Under the pieces are notes generated by a model. It was not told the DNA's origin, did no database searches, and saw only the letters and a list, made by a program, of their open reading frames with translations. Positions 47,379 through 56,736 of a stretch of DNA of 64,000 bases are shown in pieces. The position numbers were made by a program, and so were the translations under genes. The stretch covers positions 47,187 to 111,186 of the forward strand of contig DAIQNR010000004.1 of the NCBI GenBank assembly GCA_036788295.1, in the 5' to 3' direction. This DNA comes from Myxococcota bacterium (GTDB taxonomy: Bacteria > Myxococcota > Kuafuiibacteriia > Kuafuiibacteriales > Kuafuiibacteriaceae). Position 1 is the first letter of the stretch. Each line of letters begins with the position of its first letter.

Positions 47379-49994
47379 ATGCAAACACATGTTCGATGGA
47401 TTCTGCCCCTTGCCCTCCCCGCCGTGGTGGCCCTCGTGGCCTGCGGGGGGGACGACGAAGACACCCAACCCGACGCCGGGATGACCACCGACACGGGGAC
47501 CCGGCCCGACACGGGGACCCGGCCCGACACGGGGACCCAGCCCGACACCGGCTCGGGGGACACCGGGATGATGCTCGGCACCATCGTCCAGGTCGCACAG
47601 ACCGCGGGGCTGACCAGCCTGCTCGAGGCGGCGACGGCGGCCGGACTGGCCGAGACCCTCGCGAGCCCCGGCCCCTTCACCGTGTTCGCGCCCACCAACG
47701 AGGCCTTCTCGGCCCTTGGTGCTGCGGCGCCGACCGATCCGGCGCTGCTCGCGAACGTGCTGCTCCACCACGTCGTGCCGGGCACGCTCGAGTCCGACGC
47801 GGTGCTGGGCAGGACCACGCTCGACACCGCGGCCAACACGTCTCTCGCCGTGGACGCGACCGGGAACCCGCCGACCGTAGGCGGCGCCCCGCTCGACACC
47901 ACCCGAATCGACGTGCGCGCCTCGAACGGCGTGGTCCACGTCGTCGAGCAGGTCATGATCCCGCCCACCGTGCTCGAGGCCGCGGCCGCCACCGCGAACC
48001 TCTCGACCCTGGTCACCGCCGTGGGCGCGGCCTCTCAGTCGGTTCGAGACGCGCTCGCCGGCGGCCCGATCACCGTATTCGCTCCGGTCAACTCCGCCTT
48101 CGCTGGCGTCGATCTGGGCGAACTCACCCAAGAGCAGGTGGACGCGATCCTCAGCTACCACGTCGTGTCCGGGCAGGCCCTCTCGGGGGACCTGACCCAA
48201 GGTCAGACCCTCACCACGGCTGGCGGCGGCACGCTCACCGTCAACGTCTCCGCTGAGGGGGTCAGCCTCACCGACCAGGCCGGGTCGCAGATTCGCGTCA
48301 CCACCCCAGACATCCGCCTCCTCAACGGGGTGGTCCACCTCATCGACGGCGTCCTGAACCCCGAGGCCCCGATGATGCAGGGGAACCTGGTGGAAGAGGC
48401 CACCCGGCTCAACCTGAACACGCTCTTGTCCGCGGCGGGGACCGCTGGGCTTGCCGGCACGCTCGCTACCGGCGGCCCGTTCACCGTGTTCGCGCCCACC
48501 GACGCCGCTTTCCTCGAGCTCGGGGCAGCGACGCCCACCGACCCGGCGCTGCTCGCGAACGTGCTCCTTCACCACGTCGTGCCCGGGCGCCAGGACTCGG
48601 CCGCGGTGCTCGCCGCCGAGTCGTTCCAGACCGCGGCCAACACCTCGATCGCGGTCAACCCCGCCTCGAACCCGCCCACGATCGGCGGCGCGCCGCTCGA
48701 CGCGAACCAGCTCGACGAGGCCGCGACCAACGGCATCATCCACGTGCTCGACCGGGTCATGGTCCCGCCGACGATCGCCCAGGCCGCCGCAGCCACGGCC
48801 GACCTCTCCACCCTGTTTGCCGCCGTGGGCGCCGCCGACCCTGCGGTCGCGGCCACGCTGTCCGGCCCAGGGCCGATCACGGTCTTCGCGCCCATCAACT
48901 CCGCGTTCCCTTCGGATGTCTCCGATCTGCTCGCGGACCAGGCCCGGCTGACCAGCATCCTCACCTACCACGTCGCCACCGGCCAGGCGCTGGCCGGGAG
49001 CCTCACCGATGGCCAGGTCATCACCACCGCGAACGGCGGGACCCTCACCGTGTCGGTCGGCGCGATGGGCGCCGTCTCCCTCACCGACGGGCTCGGGAAC
49101 ACGGCGTCGGTGGTCACCGCCGACATTCGGCTGCTGAACGGGGTCGTGCACCTCATCGATGGGGTGCTGAACCCGGGGACCATCCCCGAGCGGGCCATCG
49201 CCGCGGGGCTCACCTCGCTCGCCGGAGCGGTCGAGCGGGTGGGCCTCACCCCTGCTCTTCGCGGAGCCGGGCCGTTCACCGTGTTCGCGCCGAGCAACGC
49301 CGCTTTCGCCGCAGTGCCGGCGGATCTCTCGGCGGTCAGCGACGACGTGATCGCGAACATCCTGCTTCACCACGTCGTATCCGGCCGAAACGACTCGGCC
49401 GCCGTGGTCGGCGCCACGAGCTTCACGTCGCTCGCGAACCTGCCCCTCGCCGTGGCCTCGATGCCGCTGCGGATCGGAGGGGCCAGGCTGGGCATGACGC
49501 TCGACGTGCCCGCGTCGAACGGCATCGTGCACCTGCTCGATGACGTCATCGTGCCTCCGTCCATCGTGCAGGTGGCGGCGGCCACCCCCGACCTGTCCAC
49601 CCTCGTGGGGGCGCTCGGCATGACCACGTCCGCCACGCAGGACGCGGTGAACCCGAACACGCTGGCCGGCGATCCGCCGATCACCGTGTTCGCGCCGGTC
49701 AACTCGGCTTTCATGGGTCTCACCATTCCGCCCTCCCCGGCGCTCGATGGGCTGCTCGCCTACCACGCCCTGCCCTCGCAGGTCCTGTCCACCGACCTCC
49801 CGGTGGGCATGCCCACCATCGTTCAGACGCTCGCCGGACTGCCGGTCACGGTGACCCGGAGCGCGAGCGGCGACATCACCATCCAGGACGGCGCCGGCGG
49901 CACCGCGACGGTGGAGATGGGCCGGCGTGACATCCGCACCCTGACCGGCGTGGTGCACGTCATCGACCGGGTGCTTCAGCCCCCCGCACCCTGA
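47379..49994 (+). CDS. Lipoprotein with six fasciclin (FAS1) domains
   Basis: LVAC lipobox; six TVFAP motifs each followed by H1/H2 motifs (YHV or HHV; GVVH or NGIxH); GGAGG RBS. Confidence 0.92.
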   Translation: MQTHVRWILPLALPAVVALVACGGDDEDTQPDAGMTTDTGTRPDTGTRPDTGTQPDTGSGDTGMMLGTIVQVAQTAGLTSLLEAATAAGLAETLASPGPFTVFAPTNEAFSALGAAAPTDPALLANVLLHHVVPGTLESDAVLGRTTLDTAANTSLAVDATGNPPTVGGAPLDTTRIDVRASNGVVHVVEQVMIPPTVLEAAAATANLSTLVTAVGAASQSVRDALAGGPITVFAPVNSAFAGVDLGELTQEQVDAILSYHVVSGQALSGDLTQGQTLTTAGGGTLTVNVSAEGVSLTDQAGSQIRVTTPDIRLLNGVVHLIDGVLNPEAPMMQGNLVEEATRLNLNTLLSAAGTAGLAGTLATGGPFTVFAPTDAAFLELGAATPTDPALLANVLLHHVVPGRQDSAAVLAAESFQTAANTSIAVNPASNPPTIGGAPLDANQLDEAATNGIIHVLDRVMVPPTIAQAAAATADLSTLFAAVGAADPAVAATLSGPGPITVFAPINSAFPSDVSDLLADQARLTSILTYHVATGQALAGSLTDGQVITTANGGTLTVSVGAMGAVSLTDGLGNTASVVTADIRLLNGVVHLIDGVLNPGTIPERAIAAGLTSLAGAVERVGLTPALRGAGPFTVFAPSNAAFAAVPADLSAVSDDVIANILLHHVVSGRNDSAAVVGATSFTSLANLPLAVASMPLRIGGARLGMTLDVPASNGIVHLLDDVIVPPSIVQVAAATPDLSTLVGALGMTTSATQDAVNPNTLAGDPPITVFAPVNSAFMGLTIPPSPALDGLLAYHALPSQVLSTDLPVGMPTIVQTLAGLPVTVTRSASGDITIQDGAGGTATVEMGRRDIRTLTGVVHVIDRVLQPPAP
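47488..47541 (+). repeat. In-frame 18-bp tandem repeat x3 (DTGTRP linker)
   Basis: CCGACACGGGGACCCGGC twice, then one copy with a single substitution. Confidence 0.85.
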
Positions 49995-50010
49995 CCGAAC
50001 CCACGTTCGT

Positions 50011-50049
50011 GGGCTCGCCCGGGGCTCGAGGGAGAACCGAGGCGAGCCC
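50011..50049. terminator. Inverted repeat between the convergent fasciclin and mazF genes
   Basis: GGGCTCGCC...GGCGAGCCC; possible bidirectional terminator. Confidence 0.4.
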
Positions 50050-50090
50050 CCGAATCCTACCGCCTCGCCGACCGCTCGAAGCCCTCGACC

Positions 50091-50438
50091 TCATGTGAGG
50101 TCGAGGGCGATTCTCAGGCCGCGATCGAGCCGTCTCACTGCGCCCAAGGGAAGGTCTTTAGCGTGCTCGGTGAGCCAATCTCCGTCGAGCGTCATGACCT
50201 GGCACGTCAGCGCGACGCTCACCTTGGCCAACCCGGTCTCCTTCTCCTCGAGCCGGACGTTTCCGATCGCCTCAGCCCGCTGAAGGTTGGAGGTGAGCGG
50301 AACGACCATCACCGTTGAAAGGGCACTGTCGTTAAGAGGGTCAGCCTGAACGACGACCACCGGCCGAACGAAAGCCGGCTCGGATCCGCGAGGCTCGCCG
50401 AGGTCCGCCCACCAGACGCTTCCTCGCTCGATTACCAA
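50091..50438 (-). CDS. mazF: MazF/PemK endoribonuclease toxin
   Basis: WWADLGEPRGSEPAFVRPVVVVQ..N, VVPLTSN. Confidence 0.92.
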   Translation of the reverse strand: MVIERGSVWWADLGEPRGSEPAFVRPVVVVQADPLNDSALSTVMVVPLTSNLQRAEAIGNVRLEEKETGLAKVSVALTCQVMTLDGDWLTEHAKDLPLGAVRRLDRGLRIALDLT

Positions 50439-50671
50439 TCGACCCTCGAAAGCAGGTCCCGGGCCGCGGCGCGACGAATGCGCCGCTCCTCATCGCTGTC
50501 CACAGCCCGATAGCCCGCGTCGTAGGATCGTCGGATTTCATCGGGAGAGTGTCGGTCTAGGTAGGAGCGCGCGGCGCGCGCGAACAGCTCGCTCCGCGAG
50601 ATGCCGAGTTGTTGGGCCGTCCGCTCGACATCCTGAAACAGCTCGTCCGGGATGGAAATGGCGGTCTTCAT
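50432..50671 (-). CDS. RHH/CopG-type antitoxin of MazF
   Basis: MKTAISIPDELF...ISRSELFARA; overlaps the toxin start by 7 nt. Confidence 0.88.
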   Translation of the reverse strand: MKTAISIPDELFQDVERTAQQLGISRSELFARAARSYLDRHSPDEIRRSYDAGYRAVDSDEERRIRRAAARDLLSRVDW

Positions 50672-50677
50672 GCGGCT

Positions 50678-50697
50678 GGTATAACCACGGTCATACC
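50678..50697. promoter_or_regulatory. Probable mazEF operator
   Basis: GGTATAACC-AC-GGTCATACC, an inverted repeat with one mismatch, 6 nt upstream of the ATG. Confidence 0.65.
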
Positions 50698-50782
50698 TGG
50701 TGGTCAACGCGCGAGCCGTTGCCGACCAACCTCAGCACCGTCCCCGTGCCCGCGCCGTTCGTCGATCTGGTAGGCTCTCGCT

Positions 50783-50966
50783 ATGGAGGCTCGAGGCATC
50801 CCAAAGCGGCTGAGCGTCGCGGACTACCTAGAGCTCGAGCAAAAGAGCCCGGAGCGGGGACTGGCTCACATCGTTCTTCACCGAGGGCGCGGTCGAGCTC
50901 GCTTCGCTCGGCGTCTCCGTCGATGTGGCGCCGCTGTGGAGCGATCTCGACACCCTGGCCCCGTGA
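50783..50966 (+). pseudogene. Uma2 (DUF820) endonuclease remnant with internal deletion and frameshift
   Basis: One frame gives KRLSVADYLELEQKSPER (Uma2 N-terminus). A different frame from 50859 gives DWLTSFFTEGAVELASLGVSVDVAPLWSDL-stop (Uma2 C-terminus). Confidence 0.65.
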
Positions 50967-51044
50967 CGCCTCGCTTCCTGGGGTTTTGGACCGAGATGAG
51001 CGTCGAGCCCGCGTCGCTCGCGCGGTGCTGCTTCTCGACAACGC

Positions 51045-52757
51045 CTACTCGGGCAGGGCGGGCAGCCGGAGGGTGAAGCGGGTCGAGCCCGGCTCGGACT
51101 CGAACTCGAGCTCTCCGCCGTGGTCGCGAGCGATGCGCCGGGCGATGTCGAGGCCGAGCCCGAGGCCATTTTCCCCCTTCGTGGACACGAACGGCTCGAA
51201 GATTCGCTCGCCGAGCTCGCTGGGCACCCCGGGCCCGTCGTCGGTGACGGTGAGCCGAGCGATGGGTCCGTCCTCCTCGACCCGAACCTCGATGCGGCCC
51301 TCCCGAGCCTCGCCGAGCGCGTCGGCCGCGTTCTTCACGAGGTTCAACAGCAGCTGACGGATGCGGGGCGTGTCGATTCGGGCCCACGGCTCGCCAAGCG
51401 CGACCACCTCGAGCCGGTGGCGCTTCACCGCGGCGTCGCAGCTCACGAAGCGTGCGACCGCTCGAGCGAGCGCCAACAGATCGGCCGGCTCCCGGCGGCC
51501 CCCCGAGCCTTCCGGTCCCCGCGCAAACCCCTTCACCTCGGAGACCAAGTCCACGATGTGTTGGCGGGCCTCGAGCATCAGCTCCACCACGTTTTGGGTC
51601 TCTTCGTCGTCCGGATACTTTCGGGCGATCATGTCGGCGAGCATGAACGGAGAGAGATGGTTCTTCACCTCGTGGGCAAGACCGCTCGCCAGGCGCCCGA
51701 CCGCCGCGAGTTGCTCGGAGCGAACCAGCCTGGCCCGGGTCTCGAGCAGGTGGGCGCGCGCCGCCTCGAGCTCCCGGATGGTGGCTTCCCGCCGCTCGGC
51801 CAGCTGGAGGTTCTCGAGGGTCTGGCCGATGGTCGTCGAGAGTACGGTCAAAAGATCGAGGTCGGATTCGGAGAACGCGTCCGGCCGCCCGCTCTCCACG
51901 ACGAGCGCGCCGAGCACCTGCTCACGAAGCAGGATCGGCACCGCCATCAGCGCCCGGGTCTCGCTCAGAAACAGGGATTCCGAGGCCGCGAAGCGGGCGT
52001 CGTCCCCGGGGTCGTGGCTGAGCACCGAGCAGCGCTCGGACAGGACGTGGCGGGCCACGGTGCTCGAGAGCGTCGGCGTCCCCGGGCCCTTTCCGCGCAC
52101 CGCGGCCACCCGGAGGTCCCCGGGGGCGCCGGGCGGCTCGGTGTCGTCCTCGGTCCCCGTCCCGGTCGTGCTCGCCCCCGATTCGGCCAGCACCACGAAC
52201 CCGCGGTCGCCTTCCGTGAACTCGAGCACCAGCTCGACCAGCCGGCCGAGCATGCCTTTGGGGGTGTGGGCCGCCCGAAGCGCGAGGCTCAGCTGGTGGA
52301 GGACCGCGTAGTGCCGGGTCTTGTCGAGCAGGGCGACCGCGGCCCCCGGACCGGCGTCGAGCAGCGTCTCGTCGCCGAGGCCGAGCGCCCGGTAGATGGC
52401 GTGGCGCCCCATGGCCTTTGGAAGCTCGGCGACCCGGACCGGCTTCACCACGTCGCCTCGGGGCGCCCCGCCCGTCTCGACCCGCAGCCGGTGCTTGCCG
52501 AGCACGAGCACGTCCCCCCGACTGAGCTCTTGCCGGGCCACCCGGAGACCGTTGACGACCGTGCCGTTGGGGCTGCCGAGGTCTTCGACCACCAGCCGCC
52601 CGTCCTCGAGCAGCAGCCGGGCGTGGCGGCGGCTCACCCGGGGGTCGTCGAGGACCACGTCGCACCCCTCCGCTCGCCCGAGCGTGGACTCGCCGCGCAC
52701 GAGCACCCGTTCGCCTCGCCGCTCGGGCGGAGACTCGAAGGAGAGGGAGTGGCTCAC
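51045..52757 (-). CDS. FHA-GAF sensor histidine kinase
   Basis: GR..CD..VSRRHA...GSPNGT (FHA); GAF with LMAVPI; AHEVKN H-box, LLNLVKNA, DDGPG, GLGLGL. Confidence 0.92.
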   Translation of the reverse strand: MSHSLSFESPPERRGERVLVRGESTLGRAEGCDVVLDDPRVSRRHARLLLEDGRLVVEDLGSPNGTVVNGLRVARQELSRGDVLVLGKHRLRVETGGAPRGDVVKPVRVAELPKAMGRHAIYRALGLGDETLLDAGPGAAVALLDKTRHYAVLHQLSLALRAAHTPKGMLGRLVELVLEFTEGDRGFVVLAESGASTTGTGTEDDTEPPGAPGDLRVAAVRGKGPGTPTLSSTVARHVLSERCSVLSHDPGDDARFAASESLFLSETRALMAVPILLREQVLGALVVESGRPDAFSESDLDLLTVLSTTIGQTLENLQLAERREATIRELEAARAHLLETRARLVRSEQLAAVGRLASGLAHEVKNHLSPFMLADMIARKYPDDEETQNVVELMLEARQHIVDLVSEVKGFARGPEGSGGRREPADLLALARAVARFVSCDAAVKRHRLEVVALGEPWARIDTPRIRQLLLNLVKNAADALGEAREGRIEVRVEEDGPIARLTVTDDGPGVPSELGERIFEPFVSTKGENGLGLGLDIARRIARDHGGELEFESEPGSTRFTLRLPALPE

Positions 52758-54673
52758 GGGTCCGCCGGCGGCTCGAAGAGCGCCGCCGTCCCTCCGCCGA
52801 CCAGGAGCAGCTGCTGCCCCGTCCACGCTGCCAGCGGATTCGAGAGTCCAAACGGGGCGAACGCCGGCGTGATCGCCCGCCACTGCGCGTCGCCCACCCG
52901 CCAGGTCGCCCCGATGGTGCCGTCGAAGGCGTCGGAAGCGACGAAGAGCTGGCCGTCGCCGAACGCGAGCCCCGGCCCGGTCCGAGCGGTGGGCCCGCCG
53001 GATCGAGGAAGCAGGGTCCACCGCTCGGCCACCGGATCGAACCGAGCCCCGTCCGCGAACACCGCGCCCGATTCGTTGCCGCCGCCGAAGAACACCACCT
53101 CGGTCCCGGTGAACACCGCCCGATGGTTCGCCCGGGCGGAGAGCGGAGCGGGGGGGAGCGGCCGCCAGCGGTTGGTGCCCGGGTCGTAGGCCCAGGCGTC
53201 CCCGAGCGCAGAGAACCGCTCGTCTACGATTCCGAAGCCGCCATGCACGATGAGCTCTCGGCCGGTCCAGGCCCCGGCGTGGTCGATCCGACCCACCGAC
53301 AGAGCCGCGGTCCGCGTCCACGTCCCGGCGGCCGGGTCGTACAGGAGCCCGTCGCCGAGAAACTGCTCCTCGGAGCTTCCGCCGACCACCAGCATGCGCC
53401 GCCCGGTCCAGACCGCGAGGTGGCCCGACCGCCCCGGGCCGGGCGCGGCCGGGATCGGCACCCAACTGTCGCCGTCCGGGTCGTAGGCTCCGCCGTCGGC
53501 GAGCGGACGCTCGGGGCCGAGGCCTCCGAAGAACAGCACCGCCTCCCCGCTCCACGCCGCCGAATGACCGAGCCGGGGGGCCGGCGCTCCCTCCGACGCG
53601 ATTCGGCGCCACGTCCGGGTCTCGGGGTCGAAAGCCTGGCCATCGTCGAGGGCGAAGTTCCCTTGTTCTCCGCCGCCGAAGACGACCATCTCCCGCCCGG
53701 TCCAGGCTCCGGCGTTTCGGCCAGATAGGTTGACCGGGGCCTCGAACGCGGTCCACCGGGTGCGGCACGAGGAGGTCTCCCCCCTCTGCTGCTCGCAGCG
53801 CCAGCCCTCCTCGACCTCGCAGCTCGGGTCGCAGCCGTCGCCGGGATCGAGGTTTCCGTCGTCGCACGCTTCGTCGCCGAGCGTTCGACCGTCCCCGCAG
53901 ATCGGCGCGCATCGGGTGGGACTCTCCTCGTCGCAGGTCCAGCCGAGCTCGACCAGGCAGCCTCGGTCGCAGCCGTCGCCGGGGACCCGCCCGCCGTCGT
54001 CGCACTCCTCTGGGCCTTCGAGCCGGGCGTTGCCGCATCGAACGCAGACCGACGGCGACCCGGAGCACGAAAAACCGTCCTCGACCTCGCAATCCGGGCC
54101 GCAGCCGTCGTCGGCTTCGCGGTTTTGGTCGTCGCAGGCCTCGTTGCCTACGACGAGGCCATCCCCGCACACCGACCTGCAGACCGAGGGCGCAACTTGG
54201 GTTTCGCACACGAAGCCGGGCTCGACGCGGCAGGTTCGGTCGCACCCGTCGCCGGACCTTCGGTTGCCGTCGTCGCAGGCCTCATTGCCGCGCAGGAGGC
54301 CATCTCCGCAGCTCGGTTCGCATTGGCTCGGTTCGGCGTCGTCGCAGCTCCAGCCCCACTCGACCAGGCAAGTCGCCGAGCAGCCGTCCCCGTCTCGCTC
54401 GCCGCCGTCGTCGCAGGACTCGCGGGCACGGACCCGGCCGTCTCCGCAGACGGCCCTGCACTGAGAAGGAGCCCCTTCGCACGCGAACCCGAACTCGACC
54501 CGGCACGTCGCGCTGCAGCCGTCCCTGTCCTCCCGGTTGCCGTCATCGCAGCCCTCGCCCGGCTGGACCACCCCGTCCCCGCACGGAGGGACGACGGCAT
54601 CGAGGTCTCGAGGCTCGGTGCACGCCGCGCCGAGCATGAGGGCCACCCCGGCGACCCAACCGGGCCAGCTCAT
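52754..54673 (-). CDS. Lipoprotein with six Myxococcus Cys-rich (DUF4215) repeats and a Kelch-like beta-propeller
   Basis: LGAAC lipobox; six CGDG..E.CDDG repeats; repeated H.A.WTG.E...FGG blades. Confidence 0.9.
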   Translation of the reverse strand: MSWPGWVAGVALMLGAACTEPRDLDAVVPPCGDGVVQPGEGCDDGNREDRDGCSATCRVEFGFACEGAPSQCRAVCGDGRVRARESCDDGGERDGDGCSATCLVEWGWSCDDAEPSQCEPSCGDGLLRGNEACDDGNRRSGDGCDRTCRVEPGFVCETQVAPSVCRSVCGDGLVVGNEACDDQNREADDGCGPDCEVEDGFSCSGSPSVCVRCGNARLEGPEECDDGGRVPGDGCDRGCLVELGWTCDEESPTRCAPICGDGRTLGDEACDDGNLDPGDGCDPSCEVEEGWRCEQQRGETSSCRTRWTAFEAPVNLSGRNAGAWTGREMVVFGGGEQGNFALDDGQAFDPETRTWRRIASEGAPAPRLGHSAAWSGEAVLFFGGLGPERPLADGGAYDPDGDSWVPIPAAPGPGRSGHLAVWTGRRMLVVGGSSEEQFLGDGLLYDPAAGTWTRTAALSVGRIDHAGAWTGRELIVHGGFGIVDERFSALGDAWAYDPGTNRWRPLPPAPLSARANHRAVFTGTEVVFFGGGNESGAVFADGARFDPVAERWTLLPRSGGPTARTGPGLAFGDGQLFVASDAFDGTIGATWRVGDAQWRAITPAFAPFGLSNPLAAWTGQQLLLVGGGTAALFEPPADP

Positions 54674-56736
54674 CGAGGGTCCTCCGACCAAGAGGAGATC
54701 GGGGGGAGCTGGGGCTCGTCGAGCCACTGGGCCACCGCCCAACCGACCAGGGACACCGCGACGCCAACCGCGGCAAAGCCGAGCGACTGCGCAAACCCGC
54801 GGTTGTCCTCTTGGGCCCGCACTCGGCCCTGGAGGGCATCGAAACGATCGGGCTCGGTCGTCGCCCCGAGGGCGCGAAGCGCGTCTTCGCGCCGATTCTC
54901 GAACCGCTGCGCCGCCGAGAATCGCTCCACCGCCAGCCCCGCGAACACCGCCGCCGCCCCGAAGCTCGCAAACTTGGCCCACGGAGCGGTGTGCAGCCGC
55001 TCCACCGCAGGAGCCTCCGCCGATGGTTCGAGCGCAGCGGACGGAACCATCCGAACGTGGGGCGGGGCCCCTTCGGGCATCGCCTGAGACCCCGGCTCGG
55101 AACCCGGCTCGATCGCCGGCGGCCGCAGGGGGGTCTCCTGCCACCACCGGGGCGCGTTGGTGGAGAATCGGCGGTAGGCTACGAACTGCGGAGCGGTGGC
55201 CGGGTCGGCGCCGAGCCCCGGCAGCGCCCGCCCCGGTCCAAACAGCGGCTCGACCACGAACAGGCGGCCCCCAGCGGCCCGCCAGCCGTCGAGCATCGCG
55301 AGCAAGGGCACCGACAGCCGAGCGTCGAGCGCGACTTCGAGCGCCCGCGCCAAGGAAGCCGGACGCGACCTCTTCGGTTGGTCCCTGCCCGCTGCGTCCG
55401 CCGGTTCGAGCCCGAGGCCCCCGGACGCGGCGACGAGGTCGATGCCGGCGTCGGAGGCGATGGCTGCCACCTCCTGCACCTGCCGAAGCAGCGTGGGCAC
55501 GGCCGTGTTCTCGAGAAACGACACCGCGGCGTCGGCGGTGCCCGGGGGCAGATCGGCGCCGAGGCGAGGGTTCACCGCGAGGGCGTCCACCGCCGCCCCC
55601 GTCGCCTCGAACTCCATCATGCGCCGCACCAACGCCGAGTCGCCGAGCGGCACCGACAAGACCCGCACCACCCGATCGGCCCCGAGCGCCCGGCGGAACG
55701 CCGAAAACGAGGACCGCGCCCGGCGGGTCGAAGCCAACCACCGGCCCACCTGGGGGTCCGGATCGAGGACCGCCCCCTCTCGAAGCAGGCGGTCCTCGCT
55801 GGCCGGCTCCGATCGTTCGGAGTCGACCTCGAGGTACAGTCGGAGCCCCGGCTCCAGCATTTTGGCCGCGAGGCCAGCGAGCCGCTGCAGGTGGTCGTCG
55901 TCGAGTCGGGCGGGAATGCGCAGCCACAGGTCCGCCCGAAGGTGCGAGGCGAGCGCGAAGTGGTGCTCGTAGGCCACCCCGCCGGGGCCGGTCTGGGTCG
56001 CGTCGTCCGGCTTCGCGCGGTGGGCCCAGTCGCTCGGGGCGTCCGCCGGCAACCACCCCGCGGTGCGCAGCACCGAAAACGGGGTCAGCCGCTCGACGAA
56101 ATCCGGATCGAAGCTCGGGACCGGGCCTTCGGACCACCGCTCGGGGAGCAGCTCCACCGACCGGATCGGCATCGACGGGGAGCTGCGCTCGATGCGAATC
56201 GAGACCGTCGCCCCGCCCGCGACCAGCTCGATCCGCCCCGCGGACCGGCGGCCCACCCGGGCCCCGCCGACCTCGACCCGGCCGTCCCCCAGATACCGGA
56301 GCACATAGCTCGCTCCGGGCTCCGTCGGTGCGTCGGCCACGGCCACCTGCCCGCGAGCGAGCCGCCGAACCCACCCCTTCTCGTCGAGAGCGAGCGGCTC
56401 GGGGTGAGGGCGACCCCGGCGGTCCAGAGCCCGCCAGCGGCTCGCCTGCCGAAACCGATCGGTGAACGCGACGTGGTCGGTGCCCACCCCGATCGGCCCG
56501 AGCGTGACCCCGAGCGGGGAACGACGGTCGGCCCGCGGACCCTCGACCACCGGCGCCGGCGGGTTCTCGGGCTCGTCCGGCTCGGCCCCCATCCACTGCG
56601 GCTCGGTGGGCGGCGGGACCGGGGCCTGCGGCGCGAACGCCCGAGGCTGCGAGCCGGCGACCTGGCAACCGGCCACGAGCAGTGGCACCAGGGGACGGAG
56701 CAACCCGAGCCTTGGACTGTTTGTCGTCGCGCTCAT
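54670..56736 (-). CDS. Lipoprotein with degenerate clan GH-A-like ('cellulose-binding protein') domain and C-terminal hydrophobic hairpin
   Basis: LVAGC lipobox; FDPDF..L.PFSVLR, W..R.KPDD.T, GVAYE, DLW..IP...DDD, LRLYLE. Confidence 0.7.
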   Translation of the reverse strand: MSATTNSPRLGLLRPLVPLLVAGCQVAGSQPRAFAPQAPVPPPTEPQWMGAEPDEPENPPAPVVEGPRADRRSPLGVTLGPIGVGTDHVAFTDRFRQASRWRALDRRGRPHPEPLALDEKGWVRRLARGQVAVADAPTEPGASYVLRYLGDGRVEVGGARVGRRSAGRIELVAGGATVSIRIERSSPSMPIRSVELLPERWSEGPVPSFDPDFVERLTPFSVLRTAGWLPADAPSDWAHRAKPDDATQTGPGGVAYEHHFALASHLRADLWLRIPARLDDDHLQRLAGLAAKMLEPGLRLYLEVDSERSEPASEDRLLREGAVLDPDPQVGRWLASTRRARSSFSAFRRALGADRVVRVLSVPLGDSALVRRMMEFEATGAAVDALAVNPRLGADLPPGTADAAVSFLENTAVPTLLRQVQEVAAIASDAGIDLVAASGGLGLEPADAAGRDQPKRSRPASLARALEVALDARLSVPLLAMLDGWRAAGGRLFVVEPLFGPGRALPGLGADPATAPQFVAYRRFSTNAPRWWQETPLRPPAIEPGSEPGSQAMPEGAPPHVRMVPSAALEPSAEAPAVERLHTAPWAKFASFGAAAVFAGLAVERFSAAQRFENRREDALRALGATTEPDRFDALQGRVRAQEDNRGFAQSLGFAAVGVAVSLVGWAVAQWLDEPQLPPISSWSEDPR

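Noticed and set aside
46512-49958. 1148-aa minus-strand ORF
   Set aside because: Antisense shadow of GST and the fasciclin gene; Arg/Gly/His-rich with no recognisable motifs.
53760-54600. Regularly spaced DNA repeats resembling an array
   Set aside because: They are degenerate in-frame DUF4215 protein repeats. No CRISPR-type identical repeats with unique spacers or cas genes were seen anywhere in the window.
52758-56668. Long N-terminal extensions of the FHA kinase and the DUF4215 protein in the ORF track
   Set aside because: They are alternative frames of the upstream genes; 4-nt stop/start overlaps and lipoboxes mark the real starts.
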